Shown piece by piece: positions 1 through 13,021 of a stretch of DNA of 64,000 bases. Under the pieces are notes generated by a model. That model was given only the letters and a program-made list of their open reading frames with translations, did not search any database and had not been told where the DNA came from. Position 1 is the first letter of the stretch; every line of letters begins with the position of its first letter. The stretch lies in NCBI GenBank assembly GCA_010356995.1, contig ML996688.1, forward strand, positions 496,001-560,000. Reading direction: 5' to 3'. Made by a program: the position numbers and the translations under genes. The DNA comes from Trichodelitschia bisporula. Lineage: Eukaryota.

Positions 1-426
1 TTCGGCGCCGTGAGCGTCGCCTGCGCCGCTATCTCCGCTATCGTGCTCTGGCTGGGTCTAGGAAGACTGCGTCGTGTGCAGCGCGTGCGCATGTGGGGCG
101 AGGGACCGCCGGGGATTGGGCTGAGGGAGAGGAGGGAGGGGTTGCCGCTGCCGGGGGCGCCGGGGGGTGGACTGGGTATGGGTGGTGCGGGAGCCGCGGC
201 GTCGGCTCATGCACAGGCGCAGGCTCAGGCGCATGCGGCGGCGACGGCGAGACGGGAGCGCTTTGGCGTGCATCAGCAGCAGCATGCGGGGTTCTTTGCC
301 CGGCGAAGGAAAGCGGTGGAGGCGAGGCATGGGGCGCATGGGGCGGGGCATTCGGCTTCGGCTTCGGCGTCGGGGGCGCATTCGGGCCCAGTCCAGCCTC
401 CGGTCAGGCCGGCGGGGGAGAGTTAA
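1..426 (+). CDS. 3' end of a gene entering from the left edge; probable mitochondrial CorA-family Mg2+ channel (Mrs2/Lpe10-like)
   Basis: Frame open from base 1: FGAVSVACAAISAIVLWLGLGRLRRVQRVRMWGE, a hydrophobic helix followed by a basic motif resembling the last TM and tail of fungal Mrs2/Lpe10 proteins as I recall them. Stop TAA at 424-426. The diagnostic GMN motif would lie outside the window. Confidence 0.55.
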   Translation, partial: FGAVSVACAAISAIVLWLGLGRLRRVQRVRMWGEGPPGIGLRERREGLPLPGAPGGGLGMGGAGAAASAHAQAQAQAHAAATARRERFGVHQQQHAGFFARRRKAVEARHGAHGAGHSASASASGAHSGPVQPPVRPAGES

Positions 427-1118
427 TGTACCATAGCACGGGCGTTGGGGGGCGTTAATGGGGGAGGGGATGGGATGTACGATGGCTCGCTTCTCTGGGC
501 ATGGGCATAGCATGGGGTTGTAAGCATAGAACAGTGGAAATAGAACACCGCGAGGCGTGCAATTTATCCTACTACCGAATACCATCCGCTCTTCCTAGCC
601 TACCTAGCCTACAACCCGCACACAGCCCATTTGCTGGAAACACCGGAAACCGAGAATGAAAGGGTGAAACGGGGGGATGTGAAATGGGGGAAACGATGTA
701 TGGTGAAAAGCCATTCTAGTGGTGGAGTACATTTCGCTGTCGTTGGGGTGATTGAGAACGCCGGAATGGAGATGAAGAAATGACGTCGATCTAATGTGGA
801 ATCGGGACGGTGTTGAGGGGTCGTTGAGGGTCGTTGAGTCGGAGTCGGGCCGGAGTCGAGCGATAGTCGAGCCGTGTCGAGCCGAGTCGAGCCGAATTCG
901 CATCGTCGCAGTCGTGATAGCTCCACGTCCCGAGTCCAGCCCAACGGAGCCCACAAACGAACACAGAAAAGAAACCTCAAGCAACACACAAAAGCAATTG
1001 AAAGTAAACCATGAAAAGCACACCCATCGATAGAACACCCGCATCATCATCTAGACCGTAACCTCAAAGCACAACGCGCCATCTTCCGCAGACATAAAAT
1101 GCACCCAGCACCCAGCCC

Positions 1119-4100
1119 CTAACTGACATAAAACAACTTCATCACACTCAGAACCCTCTTCCGACACACCGGGCACTGATCCATCCGCTTCGCACACCCC
1201 AGGCACGCAACCACATGCCCACAGTCATAGAACGCCGCCTCAGCCCCCTCATCCCAGCAAATGCGGCAAAGCCGCTCCGTCTCCTGCGCCACCTTCCACG
1301 TCGTCACGCCCTCGCCATGGCGCTTATCATGCCGCCAACCCCCCTCGTACTTATTCCCCGTTGACGCCTCCACGTACTGCCCCTGCCCATGCTGCATCCC
1401 GCGCTCCCACGTCCCCTCGTATACATCCCCATTCGCATACACCATCACACCGTCGCCCTGCCGCTCGCCCAACACAAACGACCCGCGGTAGCTATTCCCA
1501 TTGTGATACACGCGGTGCCCGATGCCGTGCGCCTGCCGCGCAACCATGTCGCCCTCGTACCGCTCCGTGCTGAAGTAATCGAGGATGAAGCGGCCGGAGC
1601 ACCAATTTGGGAAGTTGCGCAGATCGCTGCGCGCGCGCAGGAAGTGTGTGATGTCGGTGTGGAGGCCGCGCTCGCGGAGCTCGTTGGCGATTTCGTCTGG
1701 CATCTGTGGCTGGACGATGATAATGGCTCCACAACGCAGTTCCTCGTCGGCGAAGGTCTTGCGACGACGCAGCGAGTGGGCTGCGTCCGTGGCGTTTTCC
1801 TCCCACAGCTGGAGGGCTGTGTCCTTGCCGGAGGAGAGCAACTTGTTTACGGTGTGGTCGATGCGGGCCGATTTCCTCGCCATGTAGGTGCCCTTGTGCA
1901 CCAGCTGTTGGGTCGCGGGTTTGAAGACCTTGAGGAAGAAGATGATATCCTCAGCGCGGGCGGGAATAGCGGCTGGTGGCGGCGGCGGCGGGATTGAGAG
2001 GTCCAGCTGTGGCGGCGAAGGGATGAAGCCGCCTAGGGTTGGGACGGGCATCGGAGGGATAGGAGGGGGGATCATTGTGGGAGGAACGTCCTCAACGGCA
2101 GCCGGCTCCTGCAGGGGAGTGGGAACCTCCACTGGCGTTGGAGTCTCAGTGACACCACCCATCTCAGTGTCGACGGGTGCGGGAACCGGTGGGATGCCGT
2201 CCTGTACTGGAACCGGTGGGATGCTGTCCTGTACTGGAACCGGATCTTCAGCACCAGTCATGGGTACGTCCTCCCCAGGCGGAGGCGCCGGAGGTGTGGC
2301 AGCCACCGGCGGGGGATCCAAGGCTGGAGGTGGAGCAGGCGGCAGCACCTGCATGGGGGGCGGAGGAATCATCGGGGGAGGCGGGGGCGGGAGATCCGCC
2401 TCGTCGAGAACGTATAGCATCAAGCGGTTGAAGCCATGCAATACCAACTCACCAGCCGTAACTTGCACGTCCACGTAGGCGGGCGTGAACGGAGTGAATG
2501 ATGGGAACAAGAAGTTGCCAGTCTTCTTCTCAAGTATGAGAACGCAGCGCCGCGGCTTAGAGATACCGCGCGCCTTGGCAATATGGTCGCGAATCTCCAA
2601 GCGTTGGGCGTCGGCTGGGACAGTGATGTTGAAGACGTGGGGCGAGGAAGCCCACTTCGGATCGTAGTAATCGATCAATCCCGGGCCCTCGTGCTCCTTG
2701 AAGGCGCGCGGGTCAATGACCTGGAGCTCTACGGGGCCCTTGTGCTGCTTGATCTGACTCTCGTAGTAGGCTCCAAAAATAGAGTGGAATAATGGAATGT
2801 CGCTGTCGCTCATCTTGGCGAACTTTTCCACAATCCACTCCGGAACATCCCACACCGGCTCAGATTCATTATCAAACGCATGTTCAGCGATGTCATCGCG
2901 GATATACGAGACAACGTATGCCACCGGAGCCGTTTCCACCATCGGTTTCCCAGGTGCAATCCCCTCGTGGGCCTCGATAGCCTGGCTCTTTGTGAGACAC
3001 ACGACTTGATTATCGTCTCTGCCGTTCTTGAAAGTATACCACTTGGATCGAGGACCATTGGGACGTAGAACTGAGTTGTAGACACCGGATTGCAGGTTGT
3101 CCTTGTGCACAATGAACCCGTAGAGCGTGTACCAGGTGTCTTTGAGCTGGATGTGATCATCGAGCTTCAACATGTCCGCAAGCTTCTTCCATGACCGCGC
3201 CTTTTCATCGAACTGCTGACGTTCGAGCTCGATTTGAAGCACGTGCGGCAGTTCGTGAGTTGAATCCACCAGATCTTGCGCCTTCTCAACCGCCTGCTGA
3301 ACCGATTCGCAACCACGAACGGGCGCCTTGTATGACGGCTTGTTGACTGTGCGGTCCTTGGCCGGCCCAAAGAGCTCATTGAGGCGATTTGCAAGCGGGG
3401 TGTCTTGCAGCTCCTGCTCGAGCTTTGCGCGTAGCACCTCCCAGACCTCGATGACGTCCATCTTGTCGATATGCTTGTCAATTCCGTACCACTCAAAGGC
3501 CTCGAAGATGTCATCGAGGGGCACCGTGGTCTTTGTGTCAAAGTCCGATGGCTGGCGCATGCCGTATATGATCTTTTGGAAGGCTGCGAGCAGGGGCTTG
3601 GGCTTGGTGCGCCGATCACGGACCCGGTCCGGTGCAACAGCCTCGTAGAGCAGCTGACGGAATGGCTTGAGCAGCATCCACGTCGACACAGCGGAGACTA
3701 GGTTGCCCCCAGACTGAGGGCGCAGGTCACTCGTCAGGCCGCGCAGGCCAGTCATCGCAAGGCAATTCCACGGATTCTCACGGCTAGGATGCTCCCAAAG
3801 ACAGTTGGTATCATCCTCGACGACGCGAATGTAGCTTGTAAACGCGAGAGTGTCGTTACGGAGCAGCGCCATCAGCTGGCCGCGATGCCGGTGCTGGATC
3901 TCGTAGTAAGGCCCATGGAAGCGCGTCCAGCCCCAGTCGGGAGAGTTTTCGCAGAAGCGATGCAGACAGGTGCGGTAGTGGCCGACACGCGGCTCGAGGG
4001 GATTGTACAGAATGACTGACACTTGAGCAGCAACGCTGCGCCGCTTCGGAACGGGCACCCCGTTGATCATGGGAATCGGGGTGTGTTGATACTCCACCGG

Positions 4101-5224
4101 GCCTTCCGGTTGTGACGGCAGCGGAGGCGTCTCGGCCTTCGGCTCTTCAGTCTTCGGCTCTTCGCCCTTGCGGCCCTTGCGCTTGCTTTTTGAGGTTGGC
4201 TCGTCCTTTTTCGGGGGTGGAGCTACGGTGAGACACTCGACGTAGACGCTAAGGTAGTCGGAGTCGTTTCCACGAGGGTAGAACTTGATCTGCCAGTCAT
4301 AGCCCCCGATACGCGTCACTGGCGACTTCATAACCAAGTCCTTGTTGGGCTTCTCTTTGGTACCATTGTATTTGATCTCCCAGTCAATGCGACCGCTGGG
4401 CCCAGGACGGCTCTCGGGGTCGGTGAGCGGAGTAAACGTCTTGGACTCCCAGTAGGCATCTGACGGGTTAGCAAGGTCAGATATACAAGATATGACTTAC
4501 GCTCAAGCGCACTGACGTCGGTGGCACCGGTCTCGGCCATCTCCTTCAGCTCCTGCTCATCGGGAACTGAAGTATCCTCAATGATTTCCTGCCAAACCCG
4601 CTCTTCCTCTTCTTCCTCAGAGTCCGAGTCCTCACCACCATCATCTGCCGCCGGAGTGCCCGCGCGAGGCGAGGCGGGCGTAGAGAGCGGTTGTGCCTCC
4701 TCCGCTTCCACAACCACGATCTCAGCCTGGCTAGGCTGCGGAACAGCTGTCTCGTCGGTGGGGTCTGCGGCGGGAACGGGAGGTGGGTTTGTCGCTTGAG
4801 CTGGAGGTAGCGGTGCGTTCAATTGTACCTCCTCCGGATCGAGCGGAGGTACTGGAGCGGGACTCCCATCTGGTGTTGTGTCCATGATGTCCTCTGCCGC
4901 AATGTCTGTGTTGAGAGGCTCGTTGAGAGACGGGTCAGCTGGGGGGGCGACCGTTTCCGCCGCGGAATCGCTAGACGGGTTGTGTGCAACTCCATCCATC
5001 GCCTCGACCGTGTTTACTTGCACTTGCCGGTCGTGGTTCTGTGCCGGAAATGTGGTGGAGGTGCTCATGTCCATATCTTCCGGCTCGTCCATGGGGAACG
5101 GCGGCGGAGAACGAGGTGATGAGATATGTGCTGGAGAGAGCTGGGACGAGAATGGAGGCGGGCTTGGAGAACCGAAGAGGAATTGTGGGGGTTCGGCGTT
5201 TTGAGTGCTTGTGGTGAGGCTCAT
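1119..5224 (-). CDS. MATH + USP/UCH-like + Pro-rich + MORN repeats + C-terminal RING protein (~1354 aa, 2 exons)
   Basis: Exons 5224-4501 and 4459-1119 joined by a 41-nt intron (GTAAGT...GCTAAC...CAG, 4500-4460), giving ALEH-AYWESKTF. MATH motifs IGGYDWQIKFYPRGN and DWGWTRF; USP-like YTLYGFIVH...KWYTF; MORN repeats (YRGSFVLGERQGDG, YEGTWERGMQHGQG, YEGGWRHDKRHGEG); RING CRICW...CGHVVACLGC...CPVCR. Confidence 0.9.
2182..2243. repeat. 27-nt coding tandem repeat, ~2.3 copies (PVPVQDSIP/PVPVQDGIP)
   Basis: ggaaccggtgggatgc(c/t)gtcctgtact at 2182-2208 and 2209-2235, then a partial copy. Confidence 0.9.
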
Positions 5225-5608
5225 TGCGGAGTGTGGGAGGGGTCCAGCTCTGAGGGCAAGAGCGACCAGGAGCACAAACGAGAGTGAATGTTCTAGAAAG
5301 TGCAGAGAGTTATGGCAGGGTGGTGTATTGTTATTTTGTGTTTGCGAAGAAAGCGAAGGGAGGGATGTGGGAGGGTGTTGGGATGCGGAGAGCCGCAACG
5401 GTGGTGTTGTCGGGACAAGAGCTCAGGAAGGCTGATCAGGCTGCGTGGAGGAGGTTTGTTTGCAAAGGAAGACGGGATGACGAAGAGATAATAGCAAGCT
5501 TGCACAGTAGTTGGGGCAGAAGAGTTTCGGTATATAGTACTTAGATGGGAGTATATGGATGATGAGGTTGTAGGCGGTGATAGTTGTGGTGGAAGGCGGG
5601 AGGTGGTG

Positions 5609-5638
5609 GGTGGAGGTGGAGGTGGAGGTGGAGGTGGT
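5609..5638. repeat. (GGTGGA)n hexanucleotide microsatellite upstream of the MATH/RING gene
   Basis: About 5 consecutive GGTGGA units. Confidence 0.85.
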
Positions 5639-6361
5639 GAGTGAGTTGAGACCCACACGCCGCCCAATGCTCCCCACGTAGCTAAGCAAGGACGCTAACA
5701 CGTGAGTAATGCCACTCTCACATCCCGCTCTCCCACATCACGCACCCGGTCAAGGCATCTGCCTGGACAACCCGATGACTGCCTAGTACTTTGGTAGTTA
5801 TGTAATCGAGTGGTTCAGCTCACATGTAACCCTGTTGCCTACGCCCTGCTAGCAAATTATCCCTCCTCTTTGCTCGATGCCTTCATCTACTACTCATACA
5901 GTAAGGTTAGAGAGAACATAGCCACAGCTCACAGCCTAGAGACTGTTGAAACGCCCCATCAACATGTGGCGGGCACGGCGGGCCTCTCACCGCCCTGCTG
6001 GTTTCAAGCCACCGCGCCGTCGTCCGTTGGAGTCAACCGTGACAACGCAACAAAGTCGACAGACTAATGCGCCTGGGTTGAATGACACATCAGGGAGGAG
6101 GAGGGGGATGAAGCTATGAGTCGACATGATGACAGACCGACAGAGGTGCTAGTATGTAGCCCTATTGAAGGCACTTTCGATTCATCTCTAGCAAGTCTCG
6201 GGAAAAAATCCTCCATCATTGACGATAATACTGATTTTCATCCTTCGTCATCCTCACCTGCAACCGCCATCCCTCGACGCCGCATGCGCGCTGACCTCTT
6301 CTCCACACCGTTCGTCCTATCAGCGTGGCACATGCCCACCATGAACTGGCGCCGATCCAGT

Positions 6362-7537
6362 TCAAGCGCTTTGCGCCGTAGCCGGGGGTGCGGCAAACGT
6401 AGCCGCGACGATAAGCGGGAAGGCGATAGTCGCTTCAGCGTACACCTGCATATCCGATCAGACATATTCTAGACCTCTCCCAAAGTAGAAATACGGCCCG
6501 TACCTTTACGCTCTGCGCATCCGCGCGAATCTTGCCCCAACTAACCGCCTCATCCGGCCGTGCCCCAGCATCACTCCCGTCGAACTCCTGCCCCGTGTTG
6601 ATGTACACGGCATAATCAGCGCCGTTGCGCATCAGGTTCGCGTTGGCGATGTGGTGCTTGACCACTCCGCCTCCGAGGATCAGCATCCCCGAGCGCTTAG
6701 CCCGGACGGCGAGCGTGTTGATGCGGCGGATGTCCTCAACGATATCTATGCGCAGCATCTGCGGCGACGCCTTGAACGTGTGGAAGTAGAGCATATCACC
6801 CAAACTTCCGTCCGTGAGCGCCGGACAAAACACCGGAATGTCATTCTTCCACGCCCAGTAGTAGACAGAACGCTCGTCGTTGATCTCGCGCCCAAGCCGG
6901 TGAATCACCTTACTGGGCGTCCAGACCAACGGTTCATCACTGTCCTTGCTGGCCTCCTGTTCCGCCAGCATGGCGTCCAAAATCGGCACAACCCAGTCCT
7001 CAAACGCGCAGTAGTTGCTATTCGGTACAATCAGATTCCCAATCCGATTCATGCCCCGAGCACGTAGTCCCGCGCCGCCGGCCGCGAAAGAGCCTAGATA
7101 TGTAGGCGCCAGGCACTTGATAAAGTCTTCCTCGACGCCGCCGGCAGTCGTAACAATGGCACTGACATGCCGATGCTGCACGAGGAAACGGAACGTCTCG
7201 CGCAGGCCGGACGATATCATGTTGGACGTGTAGCCTAAGAAGATGGTGGTGCGGTCGCCGGTCTCGGGGTCGCGCCACGCCCGCTGGGTGTGTCAGCTCC
7301 TGTGCGGAAGGTGCGGGACTTGGGAGCTACCATGTCGTTGACGATGCGTACGGCATCACCCAGAGCACTGGCCTGGAAGCCCATGCTCACCATGCCGGCC
7401 ACGAGATCCGCGGCTGAGATGCCATTTGGGTGGGCGTTGAAGTCGATGCCTTGTACTTGCTTCGAGCCCTCGGGGACGGATTCTGAGGGCTTGAGAACAG
7501 CGGCGGTGACCGTGTCTGGGGCGCGGTTGTCCGCCAT
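6362..7537 (-). CDS. DYS1: Deoxyhypusine synthase (~356 aa, 3 exons)
   Basis: Exons 7537-7331, 7283-6504, 6445-6362 with GT-AG introns of 47 and 58 nt. Hallmark motifs [64 protein letters not shown] and [11 protein letters not shown]. Confidence 0.97.
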
Positions 7538-10500
7538 GGTAGTAGCGGGGAAAGTATGCCCGGTACGCTATGGAAGGAGATCGGGTAAGGGTGGTAGCGG
7601 GATGGTGTCCGTGAAAATATCGGCGGGGAAAAGCGCGGGCCAGGGTACAAGTGCCATCTTTAGGTTTGAGGAAGAGAAAAACGGGAACTGAGATGAGAGC
7701 GACTCTCGGGGCGTGGTGAGCACACCCAGTATGCGGCGCCTCTACTGCTTCTTGGTACAGCGTAGCATTCCATCAATATCACAGCTTCAAAGCACCCCGC
7801 TCTCCATCGCCTTAGTCAGCAACCGGCAATCAACCCCTCCACCGCAATGACGACAGCACGTGGCTAGGCGCTTCCGGCTAAACCTTGCCTGGCCGGTTGA
7901 CGCGAAATCCTCAGCCCTGTCACCGGCGTTTGGGCTGCCCCTGGCGCAAGTCGGATCTCTAGTGACTTAGTTCACTTGAGGGTTTTGGCCGTTGCGCTTC
8001 AGTGGCGCGTTTGACGCCCGAGACGGTCGCATTGTTTCGCCGTCTGATCGATCTCCTTTTGCGGCATTGTCTGCTTTGCTGGTGCTTCGAGTTTACGATT
8101 GCCTCCGCGTTAGCTCCCGCTGCTGTCTGGGCTTTTCGGCTGGGGTTGCGGCGTTTGGGGCATGCTAGTACTGCTTACAAGCCACGGGGAACTACTGGAA
8201 TCTACATTATTCAGTTCAGCTTACAATAATGACGAGGCCATCACGGGTTCTGGCGTGCCACTAGACTAGAAGTAATAGCTAACACCAGACAGAAATCACA
8301 GTTCATATCTGTCAGCCGCCGATATCTAAGCACCTCACTGTCCATATGTGGATCCTCTTAATACGTAGGCTGCTTTCTGGAACAATTTCATTTTGTCGAA
8401 TGTGCATTCTAGGAGATTAACCGAATAGAAAGACAGAAGGAGAACATGTATTCCCTTCTCAAGTCGTATCTTTCATACACTCGATTAAACTATCCTGCTA
8501 AACTCAATTAGCAAGCTGGGTATAAGTAGTAGTAAGCTTAGAATCAGTACGAGCTCTTTCTAATGTGCACATCCAGAGACTCAACATATAAGGCATCCGA
8601 TGCTCCAGTCTTCCTCTCGAGACAGCATCATAACAGTCACCGCGTCCTTACACCTACATTCAACCGCGGATTAAGTCTTCAGATAATCACGAGAGACCCC
8701 TCAACCCAGCATCCTTCTCCACACCACCACGTGCAACCTACAAGGCCCCCCGACAGCCTACCCCGCGCGCATCAAACACGGTACGGCGCACCTTGGTCTC
8801 ACAGGACGCAGTTCGATCGTGCAGACCCAAGATGTGGTAGCCCGAGGAGGGTTTCGGCGTGCGTGGGGAAGGCCAGGGCGGAGGGCTATAGAAGGGCCGA
8901 AGGGTTCTTGATGCCTGGTACTGATGTTGTAGAGGAGAGGAGGAGGGCGAAGGATACCGTGAGTGCTGTGAATGCTCTCTCCAGGTCGATATGGGATGTA
9001 GTATACGTGGGAAGGGAGGGGCGAGATTGATCCCCCGTCCAGCCGCAGGAACGCACTTCGCCAGCGCGGGGGATAGATTAATCGCCACGTCTGGTCCAAC
9101 CCCGCCAGTAGATCGCCGAGGACTGCCGGAAGGCAAACTTTGCGGGGCTTTCTCCTAGGTACCAGTTCGAAAATCTGCACTGGATGTCTGCTGGGTTGCC
9201 TCGTGATTCTCCGCTTCTCTTATATCGTTACTTGGAGCTGACGCTCTATCAGTCGACACTACTCCCATGCACGACGGCGGTGAGTGTTCGAGCGACTTGA
9301 CGCAGGCAGCGAGACATCCCTACCGCGCATCATGAGGACTCGGTCGGTACGGGATGGTGGACGAGAGCGTGTATTGGCCGATTGGGCGAGGCTGCGGAAA
9401 AGGTGCGAAACGGTGTGGCCGGCTTTTCACAACTTAAAGTCGTCGAGGCCTTTGAGGCAAATAAAGTGCGGTAGTCTTCCTCTCACTGCTGTTTTTGTTG
9501 CGAGTGTTGCGATAGAATGCCTTCTTCCTAGGCGAGAAGGGTGTACCCGGATCGTCTCCCGAGGGCCGTATTCCGCTCTAGTTCTGAAAAGACGGCTCGA
9601 CCAACCTCGTCTCTGTAAAGGACTTCCTCGGCTCACAGCGAACCTTCTCCGAACCCCCAAAAAAACATGAACTGACCCCACTGGAGCCCACCGCACCTTT
9701 TATTACCCCCATCCCCTATGCTGTCATCAGTCGATGATGACTTCCGTATTCCGTCTTCCGCACCGCGTTCCGCACTCGCGGCGACGGCGCTGGGGGCCGC
9801 GGGCGTAGGTGGCTGGCACGATTCCGCAGGCGGCAGCCGCTGTCTGGGCGGTCCGGTGCGTGCGAGCCCTGCGCCTGGGACTGAGGCAGGGCAAGGCAGG
9901 CGGCGGGCGGGTGGGGCCCGGGGTGGAACGGCGGCGGCGGCGGCGTCGATTGGAACTTATCGGGGGGCGTCTTCTTTCTCTGGCCTCAAGCTTTTCGTTT
10001 TCTCGTGTCTTTTAGTGTCCGTCATTCTCATCTCTTCGCTCTGGCTTCCATCTCGTATCTGTTGGTTCGTTCGTAGGTGAGGAGAAGAAGACGTCGAACG
10101 ATGTGCTATTAGTTTGACAGTCACTTTTACTGTCAGATCCCACGGGGGGCCCAGCCCCAACGGAAGATTTCCCTAGCGTGCCGGCCTTGATTCGTCCACC
10201 CCGCGCTTTTCGCCTCTAATTGCCTTCATCAGCCACAGGGCCATTTCGCCACTGCGGGCTGAGCGAGGAATCTCTCCGCGCTCACGCAAGTGACCCAACG
10301 CTCAAATCCACCTATCAGCACCAGCAACGAGCCCAGTAAGCAGGCAAGCAAAGCAGCAAGCAAGCAAGCAATTCAAGCAACTGCAGCGCCAGCGCGCGAG
10401 CGCCCGGTGGCACATTTTGCTGGACCAGGGCCATTTATGCGGGAGGCCGGAGGAAGGGTTTGCGCACGTCGTGTTGGGGTCAACTCATGCATTGCTACGG

Positions 10501-13021
10501 GAGCTCCCCTTTCGCTTGAACACGGGCCCTGTTCGGGGCCTGGTTGGACTGGTGCACACTGAAACAAGAGATCTCGAAGACGCTGGCCAATCACTGCGCG
10601 GCAGGGGCGTGGGGCCAAAAATGTATCGCCCGGGGGTTTGGAGGATGAACCCTGCTTGTAGGGCGCTCTTCTGGCTGGTTACGGTGGGTGTGGATACGGT
10701 AGACTTTTACCCAGTGACTTTAGAGAGGGTTACCGGGCTATCGTCTGCAGCAGCGGCTTTCTCTTCATTCCCTGCAGCCCTTTTTCGAGGAGGCACCTTG
10801 ACTGGGGAGCTGATTGAGGGTGGGTGAGCCGTCGAAGGATTGTGTGATGCGCAGATTGGCTGTCCGTTCTTCTGCTTTCTCGACGATGCAGAGTTCAAGG
10901 GACATTAGACAGCTTTTTGACCCCAATCTACGTACTCGACTTACCCGCGATGAGCCTAGCACCGGAAAGCCGAAAATGAAGCAAGGAGAGTGGGAGAGGT
11001 CCGAAAGTATGGAGTCGCTGGCGAACCTGTGAGGCGCTCTTCTACCCTGTCACCGTCGCCTGTCTGCAGGCGCAAGTGAGAGTCGTGAGAGTCAAGCCTC
11101 ATGCCGCTGATGTTCTGCTGTTGTCTTTTACCAGGTTCAAGTGCCGGTCTTCTGTGCGCCCGTCAGAGAAGCAGAAGCACGGGCAGTGACGCTTGTCTTC
11201 CTGTGGACTTTTGGGTGGATTGTGCTCTGGCTTCTGGCTCGTCCTCATCGCGTCTGGATCTGCATTACGTAGCAGCGATCTGCCTTTTCAACCTTTTGAC
11301 TGTTGACTGCTTGCCTACCATCTCATACAGGCTCTCTCCCCGCAACCCCTCTCAACGTCAAGATCACCAAGCCGGGATCTCACTCCCCACTTCGTGATCT
11401 GTGGGGTTTCTCGTGTCCGGTGTCCAACATCGTCGCCTCCCAAATCTAAACAGCCAACGTACGATTAGAGGCAGGCAATGGAGACAAGCCTATCTTAATC
11501 TTAGCTAGGCTTCGGGTTCGCTGGGCTCCTTCGGCGGCTTGCTTGCTCCAACGGGGCTGCTGCTGTCACTTTCGCTGCCAACTGCCGCTCCATCGATCAT
11601 CACTCACTTTGTCTGCCCCCACTCATGTCCCATCTCTCGTTCTGTGCCTCTTGTGTCTCTCCTCCGAATATCTCTGCCACTCGACTGTGACTTTTGTCTA
11701 CTGATGTACTGTGTCGGCCCAACCACCACTCTAGACCTAGGTACCGTAGAAGTCTACCCCCTCCCTCCGCCACCCCAAAAGCCCACACCACAACCCTCTC
11801 CCATGCCAATGCCCATACCCATGCCCCCCCAGTCCTTCCGTTCCCACTAGCCGCTAGTCCACTTTGTTCTACCCGCGGCCGCGACCGTGCTCACTCCTCA
11901 CGCACGCACACTCACTCGGCGACGCTGCACACCTGCACAACTGGAAACCTGCACTCCACACTTCTCCCTTCTCTTCATCGTCTCTTCTTCACGACATCAC
12001 GAGCCTTGCCACCCCGCATTTGCCTGTACGATACCCATTGTTGTCGCTATCGTCTCTGCATTAGCACTTCCGTCATCGCCTCGTGCTGCTCGTGTTCATT
12101 CAACCTTCCTTCCGCTGTTCCTTCAACCCGTTTCTGTGCAGTGCACGTGGAGACGTTGTTCTAGCACTTCTCTACTTCAGACGCTTCACCTAACCGCCGG
12201 CCCTGGCAACACACTTGACCATCTTCACCGACTCTCCAAGGTGAGCTTCTCTATTACGCCCGGCCTCTCCTCACCGCAGCGACTCAAACGGCAAGCAGGT
12301 TTATCATCGCCATCGCACTTTGTGGCCGCAACGTCATCAGCTGAGAGGCACGACGGAGGACGCGGCGCTGCAGTCTTCAGGGCCTTGTTGCGCTGGTGAA
12401 AACAGGGCTCCAAGCAATCTCAGCACACCATCTTTGGTTAGACAAACGACTTTTACGCGCAACTTCACTGTCCAGCGGCGTGAGAGCGACGACGGCATCT
12501 CTCTACCCACAAACGGAACGGACGTCTTCTTGACAACTTCAACACGTGACATTTCACTGTCCGGGTCTTTTCTCACTCTCTCACTCTCTCACTCTGGCCT
12601 CTCTCAACTCCTCTCGCCGCCTCAAGAGTTCGATCCCCGTGACGGCGACTCCTCGTTGGTCGAGAGCAAAAAAAAAGAGCAGGACGGGCCCACTCAAACA
12701 CAACCCAACAGTCCCAGTTCCAGCAGCCACGCAACCTCACTTTGCACCAGCCACACACCACCACAACGCCCTGACCAGATCCTCGCCCTGTGGCGCAAAT
12801 CTGGAGAGGGGAAACGCTCGGGCCATCCCTCTTTTTCGACGACCTTGGCGCGCTAGGTTGCCTTAGCGCCGTCTAGGCGGGCGAGCCGTTGATTTTGTTT
12901 CGAACTCTTGTCGGTTCCCTTGCTCCCACACACTCACTCACCTTCATCAACCTTTTGCCGTCTGACAGATCTTACCCGTACACAGTGTCATACGCCAATG
13001 CGCACGTCGCCGTAAAGTGTC

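Noticed and set aside
8563..9030. 155-aa ORF downstream of a TATA-like sequence
   Set aside because: No domain, splice support or convincing protein-like composition.
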